DNA of 64,000 nucleotides from Escherichia coli (GCF_024502345.1 NZ_JALDNN010000001.1), one strand, 5' to 3'; positions 24,486 to 38,961 are shown, counted from the stretch's first letter. Notes: generated by a model from the sequence alone, not told the origin. Numbers and translations: made by a program.

Positions 24486-24947
24486 ATGATTGAATGGCAA
24501 GATCTGCATCACTCTGAATTATCGGTTTCCCAGCTTTATGCCTTATTACAACTGCGTTGCGCGGTGTTTGTTGTCGAGCAGAATTGCCCTTATCAGGATA
24601 TCGATGGTGATGATTTGACGGGGGATAATCGCCATATTCTCGGTTGGAAAAATGATGAACTGGTGGCATATGCGAGGATTCTGAAAAGTGATGATGATCT
24701 TGAGCCGGTCGTTATTGGTCGGGTGATTGTCAGTGAAGCGTTGCGTGGCGAAAAAGTGGGGCAGCAACTGATGAGTAAAACCCTCGACACTTGCACGCAT
24801 CACTGGCCTGATAAGCCTGTTTACCTCGGGGCGCAGGCGCATCTGCAAAACTTCTACCAGAGTTTCGGTTTTATCCCTGTGACGGAGATCTATGAAGAAG
24901 ATGGTATCCCACACATTGGGATGGCACGCGAGGTAATTCAGGCGTAA
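24486..24947 (+). CDS. elaA: GNAT-family N-acetyltransferase ElaA
   Basis: 153-aa ORF MIEWQDLHHSELSVSQLYALLQLRCAVFVVEQNCPYQDIDGDD.... Confidence 0.93.
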   Translation: MIEWQDLHHSELSVSQLYALLQLRCAVFVVEQNCPYQDIDGDDLTGDNRHILGWKNDELVAYARILKSDDDLEPVVIGRVIVSEALRGEKVGQQLMSKTLDTCTHHWPDKPVYLGAQAHLQNFYQSFGFIPVTEIYEEDGIPHIGMAREVIQA

Positions 24948-25001
24948 TCAATAACCCTTGTCTATAGTTAGTGACAGGTTTTACGCAAATGGAGAACGAG
25001 A

Positions 25002-25307
25002 ATGTCTAATCAGTTTGGTGATACACGTATCGATGACGACCTGACGCTGCTTAGTGAAACACTGGAAGAGGTGCTCCGCTCCTCTGGCGATCCCGCCGAT
25101 CAGAAATATGTTGAGCTGAAAGCGCGTGCAGAAAAAGCGCTGGATGATGTGAAAAAACGGGTTAGCCAGGCTTCAGACAGTTATTACTATCGGGCGAAGC
25201 AGGCTGTTTATCGTGCTGATGACTACGTCCACGAAAAACCCTGGCAGGGAATTGGTGTGGGTGCGGCCGTTGGGCTGGTACTAGGATTGTTGCTGGCACG
25301 CCGTTAA
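25002..25307 (+). CDS. elaB: ribosome-associated tail-anchored inner-membrane protein ElaB (DUF883)
   Basis: 101-aa ORF MSNQFGDTRIDDDLTLLSETLEEVLRSSGDPADQKYVELKARAEKALDD... with a C-terminal transmembrane segment GIGVGAAVGLVLGLLLARR. Confidence 0.93.
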   Translation: MSNQFGDTRIDDDLTLLSETLEEVLRSSGDPADQKYVELKARAEKALDDVKKRVSQASDSYYYRAKQAVYRADDYVHEKPWQGIGVGAAVGLVLGLLLARR

Positions 25308-25385
25308 AACCTCCCTACACCGGGGTACTGCATTTTTTTTGTAGTACCCCGTATAATGTGAGGCTTTTAACAGGGAGAGGTCCGC

Positions 25386-26681
25386 GTGCAATCACTTACT
25401 ACGGCGCTGGAAAATCTACTGCGCCATTTGTCGCAAGAGATTCCGGCGACACCCGGCATTCGGGTTATCGATATTCCTTTCCCTCTCAAAGACGCTTTTG
25501 ATGCCTTGAGCTGGCTGGCCAGTCAGCAAACGTACCCGCAATTCTACTGGCAACAACGTAATGGTGATGAAGAAGCTGCCGTCCTGGGTGCGATTACCCG
25601 TTTTACGTCGTTGGACCAGGCACAACGTTTTCTTCGCCAGCACCCGGAACACGCCGACTTACGCATTTGGGGGCTGAATGCGTTTGACCCGTCGCAGGGC
25701 AATTTACTTTTACCACGCCTGGAATGGCGACGCTGTGGCGGTAAAGCCACGCTGCGGCTGACGCTATTCAGCGAAAGCTCCCTTCAGCACGATGCGATTA
25801 AGGCAAGAGAATTTATCGCCACACTGGTGAGTATCAAGCCCTTGCCTGGGTTACATTTAACCACTACGCGAGAACAACACTGGCCGGACAAAACGGGCTG
25901 GACGCAATTAATCGAACTGGCAACGAAAACCATCGCCGAAGGTGAGCTCGACAAAGTGGTGCTTGCTCGGGCAACTGACCTGCATTTCGCAAGTCCGGTC
26001 AATGCGGCGGCGATGATGGCGGCCAGTCGTCGACTGAATCTGAATTGCTACCATTTTTACATGGCCTTTGATGGCGAAAATGCTTTTCTTGGCTCTTCAC
26101 CGGAACGGTTATGGCGGCGGCGTGACAAAGCGCTGCGTACTGAAGCGCTGGCGGGTACAGTAGCAAATCATCCTGATGATAAGCAGGCGCAGCAGTTAGG
26201 TGAGTGGCTGATGGCGGATGATAAAAACCAGCGCGAGAACATGCTGGTGGTGGAAGATATCTGCCAACGATTACAGGCCGATACCCAGACGCTGGATGTT
26301 TTACCGCCGCAGGTACTGCGTCTGCGTAAAGTGCAGCATCTTCGCCGCTGTATCTGGACTTCACTCAACAAAGCGGATGATGTGATCTGTTTACATCAGT
26401 TGCAGCCAACGGCAGCAGTTGCTGGCTTACCGCGCGATCTGGCGCGACAGTTTATCGCCCGTCACGAACCGTTCACCCGAGAATGGTACGCCGGTTCTGC
26501 GGGCTATCTCTCATTACAGCAAAGCGAATTCTGCGTTTCCCTACGCTCAGCAAAAATCAGCGGCAATGTCGTGCGGCTATATGCTGGCGCGGGCATTGTC
26601 CGTGGCTCCGACCCCGAGCAAGAGTGGCAGGAAATCGACAACAAAGCGGCAGGGCTGCGTACTTTATTACAAATGGAATAG
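25386..26681 (+). CDS. menF: isochorismate synthase (menaquinone-specific)
   Basis: 431-aa [35 protein letters not shown]...; GTG start at 25386; chorismate-binding family. Confidence 0.93.
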   Translation: MQSLTTALENLLRHLSQEIPATPGIRVIDIPFPLKDAFDALSWLASQQTYPQFYWQQRNGDEEAAVLGAITRFTSLDQAQRFLRQHPEHADLRIWGLNAFDPSQGNLLLPRLEWRRCGGKATLRLTLFSESSLQHDAIKAREFIATLVSIKPLPGLHLTTTREQHWPDKTGWTQLIELATKTIAEGELDKVVLARATDLHFASPVNAAAMMAASRRLNLNCYHFYMAFDGENAFLGSSPERLWRRRDKALRTEALAGTVANHPDDKQAQQLGEWLMADDKNQRENMLVVEDICQRLQADTQTLDVLPPQVLRLRKVQHLRRCIWTSLNKADDVICLHQLQPTAAVAGLPRDLARQFIARHEPFTREWYAGSAGYLSLQQSEFCVSLRSAKISGNVVRLYAGAGIVRGSDPEQEWQEIDNKAAGLRTLLQME

Positions 26682-26769
26682 TAATGAGTCGCATCATTAC
26701 CGATTCATATCAATAATCTATTTTTGTAGCTCCTTATACTTAGCCGCAATATTGATACCGGACAAACTC

Positions 26770-28440
26770 ATGTCAGTAAGCGCATTTAACCGACGCTGGG
26801 CGGCGGTCATTCTGGAAGCATTAACGCGTCACGGCGTAAGACACATCTGTATCGCCCCTGGCTCGCGTTCTACACCGTTAACGTTAGCGGCGGCGGAGAA
26901 TTCCGCATTCATTCACCACACCCATTTCGATGAGCGTGGACTGGGGCATCTGGCGCTGGGGCTGGCGAAAGTCAGCAAGCAGCCGGTGGCGGTGATTGTG
27001 ACCTCCGGTACGGCGGTGGCAAATCTCTATCCGGCACTGATTGAAGCCGGGTTAACCGGAGAAAAACTGATTCTCTTAACCGCCGATCGCCCGCCGGAGC
27101 TAATTGACTGCGGCGCGAATCAGGCGATTCGTCAGCCGGGAATGTTCGCCTCTCACCCCACGCACAGTATTTCACTGCCGCGCCCGACCCAGGATATCCC
27201 CGCACGTTGGCTGGTTTCTACCATCGACCATGCTCTCGGTACGCTTCATGCTGGTGGGGTCCATATCAACTGCCCGTTTGCTGAACCGCTGTATGGCGAG
27301 ATGGACGACACTGGGCTTAGCTGGCAACAGCGTCTGGGTGACTGGTGGCAGGATGATAAGCCGTGGCTGCGTGAAGCGCCTCGTCTTGAGAGCGAAAAAC
27401 AGCGCGACTGGTTCTTCTGGCGGCAAAAGCGCGGCGTGGTGGTTGCCGGGCGCATGAGTGCGGAAGAGGGCAAAAAAGTTGCACTGTGGGCGCAAACTCT
27501 TGGCTGGCCGCTGATTGGCGACGTGCTGTCGCAAACCGGACAGCCGCTGCCGTGTGCCGATCTCTGGTTAGGCAATGCCAAAGCGACCAGCGAACTGCAA
27601 CAGGCGCAAATTGTGGTGCAACTGGGAAGCAGCCTGACGGGCAAACGGCTCCTGCAATGGCAGGCAAGCTGTGAACCCGAAGAGTACTGGATTGTGGATG
27701 ACATCGAAGGGCGGCTTGATCCGGCACACCATCGTGGACGCCGCTTAATTGCCAATATTGCCGACTGGCTGGAACTGCATCCGGCAGAAAAACGCCAGCC
27801 CTGGTGCGTTGAAATTCCGCGCCTGGCGGAACAGGCAATGCAGGCGGTTATTGCCCGTCGCGATGCTTTTGGCGAAGCACAACTGGCGCATCGCATCTGC
27901 GACTATTTACCTGAACAGGGGCAATTGTTTGTCGGTAACAGCCTGGTGGTACGTCTGATTGATGCGCTTTCGCAACTTCCGGCAGGTTACCCGGTGTACA
28001 GCAACCGTGGGGCCAGCGGTATCGACGGACTGCTTTCTACTGCCGCCGGCGTTCAGCGTGCCAGTGGCAAACCGACGCTGGCGATTGTGGGCGATCTCTC
28101 CGCACTTTACGACCTGAATGCACTGGCGTTATTGCGCCAGGTTTCCGCGCCGCTGGTATTAATTGTGGTGAACAACAACGGCGGGCAAATTTTCTCGCTG
28201 TTGCCAACGCCGCAAAGCGAGCGCGAGCGTTTCTATCTGATGCCGCAAAACGTCCATTTTGAGCACGCCGCCGCGATGTTCGAGCTGAAATATCATCGTC
28301 CGCAAAACTGGCAGGAACTTGAAACGGCGCTTGCTGACGCCTGGCGCACGCCAACCACCACGGTGATTGAAATGGTGGTTAACGACACCGATGGTGCACA
28401 AACGCTCCAGCAACTTCTGGCGCAGGTAAGCCATTTATGA
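26770..28440 (+). CDS. menD: SEPHCHC synthase (ThDP-dependent)
   Basis: 556 aa from [38 protein letters not shown].... The 673-aa ORF in the track is an upstream in-frame extension overlapping menF. Confidence 0.95.
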   Translation: MSVSAFNRRWAAVILEALTRHGVRHICIAPGSRSTPLTLAAAENSAFIHHTHFDERGLGHLALGLAKVSKQPVAVIVTSGTAVANLYPALIEAGLTGEKLILLTADRPPELIDCGANQAIRQPGMFASHPTHSISLPRPTQDIPARWLVSTIDHALGTLHAGGVHINCPFAEPLYGEMDDTGLSWQQRLGDWWQDDKPWLREAPRLESEKQRDWFFWRQKRGVVVAGRMSAEEGKKVALWAQTLGWPLIGDVLSQTGQPLPCADLWLGNAKATSELQQAQIVVQLGSSLTGKRLLQWQASCEPEEYWIVDDIEGRLDPAHHRGRRLIANIADWLELHPAEKRQPWCVEIPRLAEQAMQAVIARRDAFGEAQLAHRICDYLPEQGQLFVGNSLVVRLIDALSQLPAGYPVYSNRGASGIDGLLSTAAGVQRASGKPTLAIVGDLSALYDLNALALLRQVSAPLVLIVVNNNGGQIFSLLPTPQSERERFYLMPQNVHFEHAAAMFELKYHRPQNWQELETALADAWRTPTTTVIEMVVNDTDGAQTLQQLLAQVSHL

Positions 28441-29195
28441 TCCTGCACGCGCAGGCAAAACACGGCAAACCAGGTTTACCCTGGCTGGTGTTTTTGCACG
28501 GTTTTTCCGGCGATTGCCTCGAATGGCAGGAAGTCGGCGAGGCGTTTGCCGACTACTCACGGTTGTATGTTGATCTCCCAGGTCACGGTGGTTCGGCGGC
28601 GATTAGCGTCGATGGATTTGATGATGTCACCGACTTACTGCGTAAAACCCTGGTTAGTTACAACATCCTTAACTTCTGGTTGGTGGGATACTCACTTGGT
28701 GGACGGGTGGCGATGATGGCCGCTTGCCAGGGGCTGGCGGGGCTTTGTGGGGTTGTTGTCGAAGGCGGTCATCCGGGGCTGCAAAATGCTGAACAACGCG
28801 CGGAACGTCAGCGTTCCGATCGCCAATGGGCGCAGCGTTTTCGTTCCGAACCATTAACCGCGGTATTTGCCGACTGGTATCAACAGCCTGTTTTTGCCTC
28901 GCTCAATGACGATCAACGCCGGGAGCTGGTGGCGCTGCGCAGCAACAATAATGGCGCAACGCTTGCCGCCATGCTGGAGGCGACTTCTCTCGCCGTCCAG
29001 CCTGATTTACGTGCTAACCTTAGCGCCCGCACATTTGCGTTTTATTATTTATGTGGTGAACGTGACAGCAAATTCCGCGCCCTGGCGGCGGAACTGGCTG
29101 CCGACTGCCATGTCATTCCTCGCGCCGGACATAACGCGCATCGGGAAAATCCCGCTGGCGTAATCGCAAGTCTGGCGCAGATCTTGCGTTTCTGA
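28437..29195 (+). CDS. menH: SHCHC synthase (alpha/beta hydrolase)
   Basis: 252-aa [33 protein letters not shown]... with the GYSLGG nucleophile elbow; overlaps the menD stop by 4 nt. Confidence 0.94.
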   Translation: MILHAQAKHGKPGLPWLVFLHGFSGDCLEWQEVGEAFADYSRLYVDLPGHGGSAAISVDGFDDVTDLLRKTLVSYNILNFWLVGYSLGGRVAMMAACQGLAGLCGVVVEGGHPGLQNAEQRAERQRSDRQWAQRFRSEPLTAVFADWYQQPVFASLNDDQRRELVALRSNNNGATLAAMLEATSLAVQPDLRANLSARTFAFYYLCGERDSKFRALAAELAADCHVIPRAGHNAHRENPAGVIASLAQILRF

Positions 29196-29209
29196 CTAAA
29201 GGACACAAT

Positions 29210-30067
29210 ATGATTTATCCTGATGAAGCAATGCTTTACGCACCGGTTGAATGGCACGACTGCTCCGAAGGTTTCGAGGACATTCGTTATGAAAAATCCA
29301 CCGACGGTATCGCAAAAATCACCATTAATCGTCCGCAGGTGCGCAATGCCTTCCGTCCTCTGACGGTAAAAGAGATGATCCAGGCACTGGCAGATGCGCG
29401 TTATGACGATAACGTCGGCGTGATCATTCTGACTGGCGCAGGCGATAAAGCGTTCTGCTCCGGTGGTGACCAGAAAGTGCGTGGTGATTACGGCGGCTAT
29501 AAAGATGATTCCGGCGTACATCACCTGAACGTGCTGGACTTCCAGCGTCAGATCCGTACCTGTCCGAAACCGGTTGTCGCGATGGTGGCTGGCTACTCCA
29601 TCGGCGGCGGTCACGTTCTGCACATGATGTGCGACCTGACTATCGCGGCAGATAATGCCATCTTCGGTCAGACTGGCCCGAAAGTCGGTTCCTTCGACGG
29701 CGGCTGGGGCGCTTCCTACATGGCTCGCATCGTCGGGCAGAAAAAAGCGCGTGAAATCTGGTTCCTGTGCCGTCAGTACGACGCAAAACAGGCGCTGGAT
29801 ATGGGCCTTGTGAACACCGTGGTACCGCTGGCGGATCTGGAAAAAGAAACCGTCCGTTGGTGCCGCGAAATGCTGCAAAACAGCCCGATGGCGCTGCGCT
29901 GCCTGAAAGCTGCACTGAACGCCGACTGTGACGGTCAGGCAGGTCTGCAGGAGCTGGCGGGCAACGCCACCATGCTGTTCTACATGACGGAAGAAGGTCA
30001 GGAAGGTCGCAACGCCTTCAACCAGAAACGTCAGCCTGACTTCAGCAAATTCAAACGGAATCCGTAA
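29210..30067 (+). CDS. menB: 1,4-dihydroxy-2-naphthoyl-CoA synthase (crotonase fold)
   Basis: 285-aa [51 protein letters not shown].... Confidence 0.96.
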   Translation: MIYPDEAMLYAPVEWHDCSEGFEDIRYEKSTDGIAKITINRPQVRNAFRPLTVKEMIQALADARYDDNVGVIILTGAGDKAFCSGGDQKVRGDYGGYKDDSGVHHLNVLDFQRQIRTCPKPVVAMVAGYSIGGGHVLHMMCDLTIAADNAIFGQTGPKVGSFDGGWGASYMARIVGQKKAREIWFLCRQYDAKQALDMGLVNTVVPLADLEKETVRWCREMLQNSPMALRCLKAALNADCDGQAGLQELAGNATMLFYMTEEGQEGRNAFNQKRQPDFSKFKRNP

Positions 30068-31029
30068 TGCGTAGCGCGCAGGTATACCGCTGGCAGATCC
30101 CCATGGACGCGGGGGTGGTTCTGCGCGACAGGCGGTTAAAAACCCGCGACGGGCTGTATGTTTGCCTGCGTGAAGGCGAGCGCGAAGGGTGGGGGGAGAT
30201 CTCCCCACTGCCGGGCTTTAGTCAGGAAACCTGGGAAGAGGCGCAAAGTGTGCTGCTTGCCTGGGTAAATAACTGGCTGGCAGGCGATTGCGAATTACCG
30301 CAGATGCCTTCCGTTGCCTTTGGCGTAAGTTGTGCATTGGCGGAGCTGGCAGATACGCTCCCGCAGGCGGCCAATTACCGTACGGCACCACTGTGTAATG
30401 GCGATCCGGACGATCTGATCCTCAAACTTGCAGATATGCCAGGCGAGAAAGTGGCGAAGGTCAAAGTGGGATTGTACGAAGCGGTGCGCGACGGCATGGT
30501 GGTGAATCTGTTGCTGGAGGCCATTCCGGATCTGCATTTGCGTCTTGACGCAAATCGCGCCTGGACACCGCTGAAAGGTCAGCAGTTTGCCAAATATGTT
30601 AACCCGGAGTATCGCCACCGCATCGCGTTTCTCGAAGAGCCGTGCAAAACCCGCGATGATTCGCGAGCGTTTGCCCGTGAAACCGGCATTGCCATTGCCT
30701 GGGATGAAAGCCTGCGCGAGCCGGATTTTGCCTTTGTGGCTGAAGAGGGCGTGCGCGCGGTAGTTATCAAACCCACGCTCACGGGCAGTCTGGAAAAAGT
30801 ACGCGAGCAGGTACAGGCGGCGCACGCGTTGGGGCTGACGGCGGTGATCAGTTCTTCTATTGAGTCGAGCTTAGGCTTAACGCAACTGGCGCGGATTGCC
30901 GCCTGGTTAACGCCGGACACCATTCCAGGGCTGGACACGCTGGATCTGATGCAGGCGCAGCAGGTACGTCGCTGGCCGGGTAGCACGCTGCCTGTCGTGG
31001 AAGTTGATGCACTGGAGCGGTTGTTATGA
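30067..31029 (+). CDS. menC: o-succinylbenzoate synthase (enolase superfamily)
   Basis: 320-aa [54 protein letters not shown].... Confidence 0.95.
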   Translation: MRSAQVYRWQIPMDAGVVLRDRRLKTRDGLYVCLREGEREGWGEISPLPGFSQETWEEAQSVLLAWVNNWLAGDCELPQMPSVAFGVSCALAELADTLPQAANYRTAPLCNGDPDDLILKLADMPGEKVAKVKVGLYEAVRDGMVVNLLLEAIPDLHLRLDANRAWTPLKGQQFAKYVNPEYRHRIAFLEEPCKTRDDSRAFARETGIAIAWDESLREPDFAFVAEEGVRAVVIKPTLTGSLEKVREQVQAAHALGLTAVISSSIESSLGLTQLARIAAWLTPDTIPGLDTLDLMQAQQVRRWPGSTLPVVEVDALERLL

Positions 31030-32381
31030 TCTTCTCTGACTGGCCGTGGCGTCACTGGCGGCAAGTGCGGGGAGAAGCCATCGCCTTACGTCTTAATGAC
31101 GAGCAACTCAACTGGCGCGAGCTTTGTGCTCGCGTCGATGAGTTAGCTACGGGCTTTGCGGCGCAGGGTGTGGTTGAGGGCAGCGGCGTGATGTTGCGGG
31201 CGTGGAATACGCCGCAAACGCTGCTCGCCTGGCTGGCGTTACTGCAATGCGGGGCGCGGGTGCTGCCCGTAAATCCACAGCTTCCGCAACCGTTGCTTGA
31301 GGAATTACTGCCAAATCTTACACTGCAATATGCGCTGGTGCTGGAAGGAGAAAATACTTTCCCGGCGTTAACTTCACTGCATATTCAGATGGTTGAAGGC
31401 ACACATTCAGCTCTGTGGCAACCAACACGTCTTTGTTCAATGACATTGACCTCCGGCTCCACCGGTTTACCGAAAGCCGCTGTCCATACTTATCAGGCCC
31501 ATCTTGCCAGTGCGCAAGGTGTGTTATCGCTGATTCCGTTTGGCGATCACGATGACTGGTTGCTCTCTTTACCGCTGTTTCACGTCTCCGGTCAGGGAAT
31601 TATGTGGCGCTGGTTATACGCTGGTGCGCGGATGACGGTGCGTGATAAACAGCCATTGGAGCAAATGCTGGCAGGCTGTACTCACGCTTCACTGGTGCCA
31701 ACACAACTCTGGCGTTTGCTGGTTAACCGCAGTTCCGTTTCCCTGAAAGCGGTGTTACTTGGCGGCGCGGCTATCCCGGTCGAGTTGACGGAACAGGCGC
31801 GCGAGCAGGGGATTCGTTGCTTTTGCGGCTATGGTCTGACCGAGTTTGCCTCCACGGTGTGTGCGAAAGAAGCCGACGGCCTGGCAGACGTTGGTTCGCC
31901 GCTGCCGGGTCGGGAAGTGAAAATCGTTAATAATGAAGTGTGGCTGCGGGCTGCCAGTATGGCAGAAGGTTACTGGCGTAACGGGCAACTGGTTTCACTG
32001 GTTAATGACGAAGGCTGGTACGCTACGCGCGATCGCGGTGAGATGCATAATGGCAAGCTGACCATTGTCGGACGTTTAGACAATCTATTCTTCAGTGGCG
32101 GAGAGGGTATTCAGCCGGAAGAAGTCGAGCGCGTAATTGCTGCACATCCTGCGGTTTTGCAGGTGTTTATCGTCCCCGTTGCCGACAAGGAGTTTGGTCA
32201 TCGACCGGTGGCGGTGATGGAGTATGACCACGAGAGCGTTGATCTTAGTGAATGGGTGAAAGATAAGCTGGCCCGTTTTCAGCAACCGGTACGTTGGCTG
32301 ACTTTGCCGCCGGAGCTGAAAAACGGCGGTATTAAAATTTCACGTCAGGCGCTAAAAGAGTGGGTGCAACGTCAGCAATAA
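31026..32381 (+). CDS. menE: o-succinylbenzoate-CoA ligase
   Basis: 451-aa ORF with the adenylate-forming motif [10 protein letters not shown]; overlaps the menC stop by 4 nt. Confidence 0.95.
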   Translation: MIFSDWPWRHWRQVRGEAIALRLNDEQLNWRELCARVDELATGFAAQGVVEGSGVMLRAWNTPQTLLAWLALLQCGARVLPVNPQLPQPLLEELLPNLTLQYALVLEGENTFPALTSLHIQMVEGTHSALWQPTRLCSMTLTSGSTGLPKAAVHTYQAHLASAQGVLSLIPFGDHDDWLLSLPLFHVSGQGIMWRWLYAGARMTVRDKQPLEQMLAGCTHASLVPTQLWRLLVNRSSVSLKAVLLGGAAIPVELTEQAREQGIRCFCGYGLTEFASTVCAKEADGLADVGSPLPGREVKIVNNEVWLRAASMAEGYWRNGQLVSLVNDEGWYATRDRGEMHNGKLTIVGRLDNLFFSGGEGIQPEEVERVIAAHPAVLQVFIVPVADKEFGHRPVAVMEYDHESVDLSEWVKDKLARFQQPVRWLTLPPELKNGGIKISRQALKEWVQRQQ

Positions 32382-32490
32382 TTAACCCTCCGTTTCACTT
32401 CTCAGTTCTGCCATTCCATTGCCGTTGATAAAGAGTTTATCTGTTAATCTGTAAATTGAGATGAAAACTCTTAGCAAACAGGATAATACA

Positions 32491-32757
32491 ATGGAATGGC
32501 TGGTCAAAAAATCGTGCTGCAATAAACAAGATAACAGACATGTACTTATGCTCTGCGATGCTGGCGGCGCGATAAAAATGATCGCCGAAGTGAAGAGTGA
32601 CTTCGCCGTGAAAGTGGGGGATTTACTCTCACCTTTGCAGAATGCGCTTTACTGTATTAATCGTGAAAAGCTGCATACGGTGAAAGTCCTCTCCGCAAGC
32701 TGTTATAGCCCCGATGAGTGGGAACGGCAGTGTAAAGTGGCAGGGAAAACTCAGTAA
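32491..32757 (+). CDS. pmrD: signal-transduction connector protein PmrD
   Basis: 88 aa from [46 protein letters not shown].... The ORF track starts 10 codons upstream. Confidence 0.9.
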   Translation: MEWLVKKSCCNKQDNRHVLMLCDAGGAIKMIAEVKSDFAVKVGDLLSPLQNALYCINREKLHTVKVLSASCYSPDEWERQCKVAGKTQ

Positions 32758-33137
32758 CGTTGTTTTGTCGTGGGCAGGAAAATCAGCATCAACCCGCTCA
32801 TAATACAGGCTACTCCCAGTAGTGCTTTCAGCGAAAAAGTCCCTTCCCAGCCGGGAAGTACCATTGAAGCAATCCATACCAGCACATAACTCATACTGAG
32901 CAAGGCATAGGCTTTGCTTAGCGCAAGTTTATGTAGTGTTTTATACCAACAAAAAACGGAAAGCAGATAACCCAGCAGCCCGAGTAACAGTATCCGGGCA
33001 TCCAGCCCAAAAGCTAACAGAGCCGCGATAAAATCCCATAAGTGCGTCATCGGCGGCAGATGACTCGCCGCAAAACCCAGGCTTAATTGCGCAACTGAGG
33101 CAATAATGACGCTGAATAATCCCCACATCAGGCCCAT
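32751..33137 (-). CDS. arnF: undecaprenyl-phosphate-L-Ara4N flippase subunit ArnF
   Basis: 128 aa from [29 protein letters not shown]...; the 222-aa ORF in the track is an upstream extension overlapping arnE. Confidence 0.9.
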   Translation of the reverse strand: MGLMWGLFSVIIASVAQLSLGFAASHLPPMTHLWDFIAALLAFGLDARILLLGLLGYLLSVFCWYKTLHKLALSKAYALLSMSYVLVWIASMVLPGWEGTFSLKALLGVACIMSGLMLIFLPTTKQRY

Positions 33138-33472
33138 TACACCGTACTCCCGAGGATCACAATGCCACCAATAATGAACGCCACCCCACACCAGTGACGC
33201 GGCGATACCGGTTCGTGCCACAGTTTTACTGCAGCCAGCGTCACCCAGACAAAATTCAGACTTAACATCGGGTAGGCAATGCCTACCGGTACGTTCTGCA
33301 AGACCAGCAGCCAGAGCACCATGGCAAGACCAAGACAAGCCAGCGCCAGTCCCAGCCACAGCACGATATGTTTGCGCCGTTTGTTTATCGCCACAAAGCA
33401 GGTTGCCTGCTTCTGACACAACTGCCCGGCAACGCTAAGCAAGCTGGCAAAGACTAATGTTAGCCAGATCAT
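33137..33472 (-). CDS. arnE: undecaprenyl-phosphate-L-Ara4N flippase subunit ArnE
   Basis: 111-aa [48 protein letters not shown]... (SMR/EamA-like). Confidence 0.92.
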
Positions 33473-35121
33473 TTGGGACGATACTGAATCAGCACCAGAC
33501 GCTCCTGACGATCGATGGCATCTGCGGGCGGAATGGCGAGACTGTTGATATCTTCATCGCGGTCAACCGAAAGCACGAGTGTAATAATCCCCTCCTGACG
33601 ATGTTGATTAAGCCAGTTTGCGAACTCATCATCGCTGACAAATCTCCCTTTCGCATCCGGATAATTAAGGCCGTATTTCAACTCACCTGTCTGGCGATAC
33701 ATGATGATGTCATCGCGTTGCAGGCTCCATGCCAGACCTGCGGCAACACCGACGCTATCAGTAAGAATATAGCGGCTTGGCTGAAGTGATTCTTGTGTCA
33801 TCTCGACAAAAAATTGCGGATGTTTTCCTTCCATGACTCTGTCAGGAATTGAAAATCCTACCAGCAACGCCAGCCCCAGCGGGCAAAGCGCGGCAAAAGA
33901 CCAGGTCTTTTCGACGTTTGTTAAGGTGTACCAGCCGAAAAATGCCCATAGCGAAAAAATCGACCAGGCACAAAAGACTTTATAGCTCTCGAAGGTTTGC
34001 CACACCGGCGTGTTCATTGGTCCCCAGGGGGAGACCACAAATGTGGCAATAATGCCAGTGACGCCAAAAGCGATGTTAATCCAGCCATTAATCCGCAGCG
34101 CCAGAGGATTATTTTTTGCTGCCAGCAAAGCGTAATGTGCCAACAGCATTGCCAGAGGTGCAAAGCAAGAAAGAATATAGGTGGGCAATTTGCCTTTAGC
34201 GACGGAGAAAAACAGCAGCGGCATTATCGTCCAGCTCAACAAATAGACGGTTGCGGAATGCTTGCGGTTTTTCCAGCCTGTGTACAGTGCACCGGGGAGT
34301 AATCCCAGCCACGGCAGGCTACCGGCAATGATGACCGGCACGTAGTACCAGAACGGGGCTCTGTGTTGGGCATCATCCAGTGCAAAGCGTTGAATATGCT
34401 CAACCCAGAAAAAATAGTGCCAGAAGTCAGGCTCCCGCTGCGCTATCGCCAGTCCCCAGGGGAGAACCGTCAGTACGCAACTGATAACCGCCAGCCAGCC
34501 GTAAATAAAGAGATCTTTCCAGCGTTTTTGCGTCGCTACCCATGGCAGCACGCTTAATACCGGCACGGCAAGGGCGAGAAAACCTTTGGTCATCACCCCC
34601 ATGCCGCAGGTGATTCCCAGCAGTAAAAATCCTGCGCTTTTGCCTTTCCACGTCTGTGCCTGCATTGCCAGCCAGAAGCTGCACATTCCCGCCACCAGCC
34701 AGAAGGCAATAAACGGATCGAGCACGGCATAAGTGCCGATGGCATAGACAATAAACAATGAGAGGTAAATCACTGTGGCGAGTAGAGCCAGACGTTTATC
34801 GCGCCATAAGCGCAGAGTAAACCAGGTCACCAGCGCGGCAGTTAACAGGGTCACAAAGATAACGCCTGCCCGCACACCAAAGTTATTCGCGCCAAATAGC
34901 CATTGCCCAATGCTGTTAATCCAGTATCCGGCAATGGGTTTTTCGAAATAACGTAGCCCTAACAGATGGGGCACAATCCAGTCGCCGGATGCCAGCATTT
35001 CTCGACTGATTTCCGCATAACGCGTTTCATCGGGTTGCCATAGCAGACGCGTGCTGATCGGTAACAGGTAATAGCAGGCAATAAACGCGAAGAGGCCGAT
35101 AAGGTAACGTACCGATTTCAT
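33469..35121 (-). CDS. arnT: lipid A L-Ara4N transferase ArnT
   Basis: 550-aa [46 protein letters not shown]... (GT-C fold glycosyltransferase). Confidence 0.95.
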
Positions 35122-36011
35122 CAGCGACTACCCGCAATTTGTTGGCAACCCAGCCAGCCTTCACGTCCGGCAATATTTCCGCGAACAACTTGTCCGAGCG
35201 GCAACGTCTCTGATAACAGTTCGCTTAAAGGGCAAAATGTCACGCCTTCCTGAGCTGCGCGTTTGAGGAGATCCACAAAATTATGCTGATAAGCGCAGCC
35301 TTCAACTTCTGCATGAATGGTATAAACCGGCGTGCCTTTATCTCGCAGGATGCGGTTGAGTAACCAACCATTAAAATCTTCTGCTTTCACATCCCGACCA
35401 ATCACTTCGTCCCAGGTGGGTAATGTCACCGGAATTTGCGCAGTGCCAGGGTTTCCTGATTCGAGCAGTGGACGGAACGGCATGGCCCCACGGCAATCGC
35501 TGTTGTAGCGCAAATGGAACGCTTCTTTTGCTTCGATCACCTGCTGGTCGGCACGCCAGCCCGCAGCGGCAGAACAGGTTACCGGTTGACCGATAATCTC
35601 TTCCAGGGTGCGAAGGCCGCGTGCAATATCGTCGATCATTGTTTGCCGATCCCAGTTACCGCTATGGGCTTGCCAGGCATGGTGATCCCAGGCGTGCAGG
35701 CCGACTTCGTGATGTTTAGCCGCTTCACGAATGATATCGGCATTGGCATGACCAATCTCTTTACCTGGCCAGGCCGTACCTGCCAGTAAAATATCCCAGC
35801 CATAAAGCGATGCCGCGTTTGAGCGCAGCATCTTCCACAAAAACTGTGGCTTCACCAGTCGCCAGAGATGGCGGCCCATATTGTCCGGGCCGACGCTGAA
35901 AAAAATGCTGGCCTGAATATTATGCTTACTCAAGATTTCCAGCAGACGCGGCACGCCTTCACGGGTGCCACGAAAGGTATCGACATCAATGCGTAAGCCT
36001 ACTTTGGTCAT
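35121..36011 (-). CDS. arnD: Ara4FN-undecaprenyl phosphate deformylase ArnD
   Basis: 296-aa [52 protein letters not shown]... (polysaccharide deacetylase family). Confidence 0.95.
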   Translation of the reverse strand: MTKVGLRIDVDTFRGTREGVPRLLEILSKHNIQASIFFSVGPDNMGRHLWRLVKPQFLWKMLRSNAASLYGWDILLAGTAWPGKEIGHANADIIREAAKHHEVGLHAWDHHAWQAHSGNWDRQTMIDDIARGLRTLEEIIGQPVTCSAAAGWRADQQVIEAKEAFHLRYNSDCRGAMPFRPLLESGNPGTAQIPVTLPTWDEVIGRDVKAEDFNGWLLNRILRDKGTPVYTIHAEVEGCAYQHNFVDLLKRAAQEGVTFCPLSELLSETLPLGQVVRGNIAGREGWLGCQQIAGSR

Positions 36012-37989
36012 GATGGTTTATCCGTAAGATCAACGGTGCGCAGGAAGAAATCCAGCGTTTCGTCGATGGTTTCCTGCATATCAATTTTCGGTTCCCAGTC
36101 CAGGCAGCGGTGGGCATTGCGGATGCTCGGTTTACGATGCTCTACGTCCTGATATCCTTTGCCGTAGTAGCTGCTACTTTCGACAACGCGAAAGCCCGTA
36201 AACGGTGGGAAATGATGGCGCAGCGGATGTTTTTCGAAGCTCGCCAGCAGCATCTCGCCCAGTTCCTCAATGCTCGCTTCGTTCTCAGGATTGCCAATGT
36301 TGATAATTTCGCCGTCGCAGCGATTTCCCGCATTTTCGATAATGCGGTATAACGCCTCGATACCATCGCGAATATCAGTAAAGCAGCGTTTTTGTTTTCC
36401 GCCATCAATCAGCTTAATCGGTGAACCTTCTACCAGATTGAGAATGAGTTGCGTAATCGCGCGGGAGCTGCCGATTCGTGCCGCATTAAGGTTATCCAGT
36501 CGTGGTCCCATCCAGTTAAACGGGCGGAAGAGGGTGAACTGTAAACCCTCTTTTTCGCCATAGGCCCAGATAACCCGATCAAGTAATTGTTTTGACACCG
36601 AATAAATCCAGCGTGGTTTATTCACCGGGCCGACGATTAAATTAGAATGGTCCTCATCGAAGTATTTATCGCTACACATCCCATAAACTTCTGAAGTTGA
36701 CGGGAAGATGATTCGCTTACGGTACTTCACGCAGTAGCGGATAATGCGCAGATTCTCTTCAAAATCGAGTTCAAATACGCGCAGCGGGTTGCGGGTATAT
36801 TCAATCGGCGTGGCTATCGCCACCAGCGGCAAGACGACATCACATTTTTTGACGTGATACTCAATCCATTCGGAATGAATACTGATATCGCCTTCGACAA
36901 AGTGAAAATGCGGATGATTCAGAAAACGGCTTATCGCATCGCTGCCAATATCCAGACCGTAAACTTCATAATGATCTTCGCGCAGCAGGCGTTCTGTCAG
37001 ATGGTTGCCAATAAAGCCATTCACCCCGAGGATGAGTACCCGGGTACGGCGTCGGGCGGCACAGGCAGGCTGGCTATTCAAGCGTGAACCTTGCACCAGG
37101 CCCAGCGTCTGCGCTAATTGCGAGCCCTGCATAGTAATGCCGTCGCCCGCCTGTCCGGTGACGATTTCCAGCGCGCCATCGCCACAGGCAATCAGCAACG
37201 GCGCAACAGAAATCACGCTCCCCGGCTGTGCTTTGCTGGCATGAGGATGAACACGCGACGACCAGACGGTGAATTTCTGATTGCCAGCATAGCTGAAGGC
37301 ACCCGGCCACGGATCGGCAACGGCACGTACCATGTTGTGCAGTACGGATGCCGGCTTATGCCATTCGAGGAAACTGTCATCCGGCGTTCTGCGACCAAAA
37401 CAGGTGGCTTCGTTTTCGCGCTGGGCGATTTCCAGAATATTACCGTGTTTAATGGCGGGTAATGTCTGTTCCAGTAGCTGGCGCGCGGCATGGCACAATT
37501 TATGATGCAGCGTAATGGCGATATCATCTGGCGCAATGGCAACGCGCAGTTGCGCCACAATGGCCCCGGCATCGGCACGTTTTACCATTCGGTGCAATGT
37601 AACGCCAGTTTCTGTTTCACCGTTCACCAGCACCCAGTTCAGCGGCGCGCGACCACGATATTTTGGTAACAGCGAACCATGCAGATTAAATGCACCTGCG
37701 GGAGCGAGCTGCAAAATTTCGTCGCAAATAAGATGGCGATAATAAAAAGAGAAAATCACATCTGGCGACAGTTGGGCAATGCGTTCCACCCACAGCGGAT
37801 GATTAACGTCATCCGGCGCATAAACCGGAATGCCTCTTTCCGCCGCCAGACGAGCCACAGAACCATAAAAGGCTTTTTCACCGGGATTATCGGTATGGGT
37901 AAAAATGGCGCTAATTTCGTAACCGGTAGCCAGCAGGGCTTCAATACCGAGGCATCCCATATCGTGGTAGGCAAAAACGACGGTTTTCA

Positions 37990-37990
<1 letters not shown>
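36008..37990 (-). CDS. arnA: bifunctional UDP-GlcA decarboxylase / UDP-Ara4N formyltransferase ArnA
   Basis: 660-aa [47 protein letters not shown]...; N-terminal formyltransferase domain plus C-terminal SDR decarboxylase domain. Confidence 0.96.

Positions 37991-38961
<971 letters not shown>

Noticed and set aside
25320-25385. Possible terminator hairpin between elaB and menF (ggggtact...agtacccc)
   Set aside because: The T-run falls inside the loop rather than after the stem, so it does not fit a canonical intrinsic terminator; not annotated.
26419-26769. Upstream in-frame extension of menD in the ORF track (673 aa), overlapping the 3' end of menF
   Set aside because: The extension has no similarity to MenD and overlaps menF; the conserved protein begins at the ATG at 26770 ([10 protein letters not shown]...).
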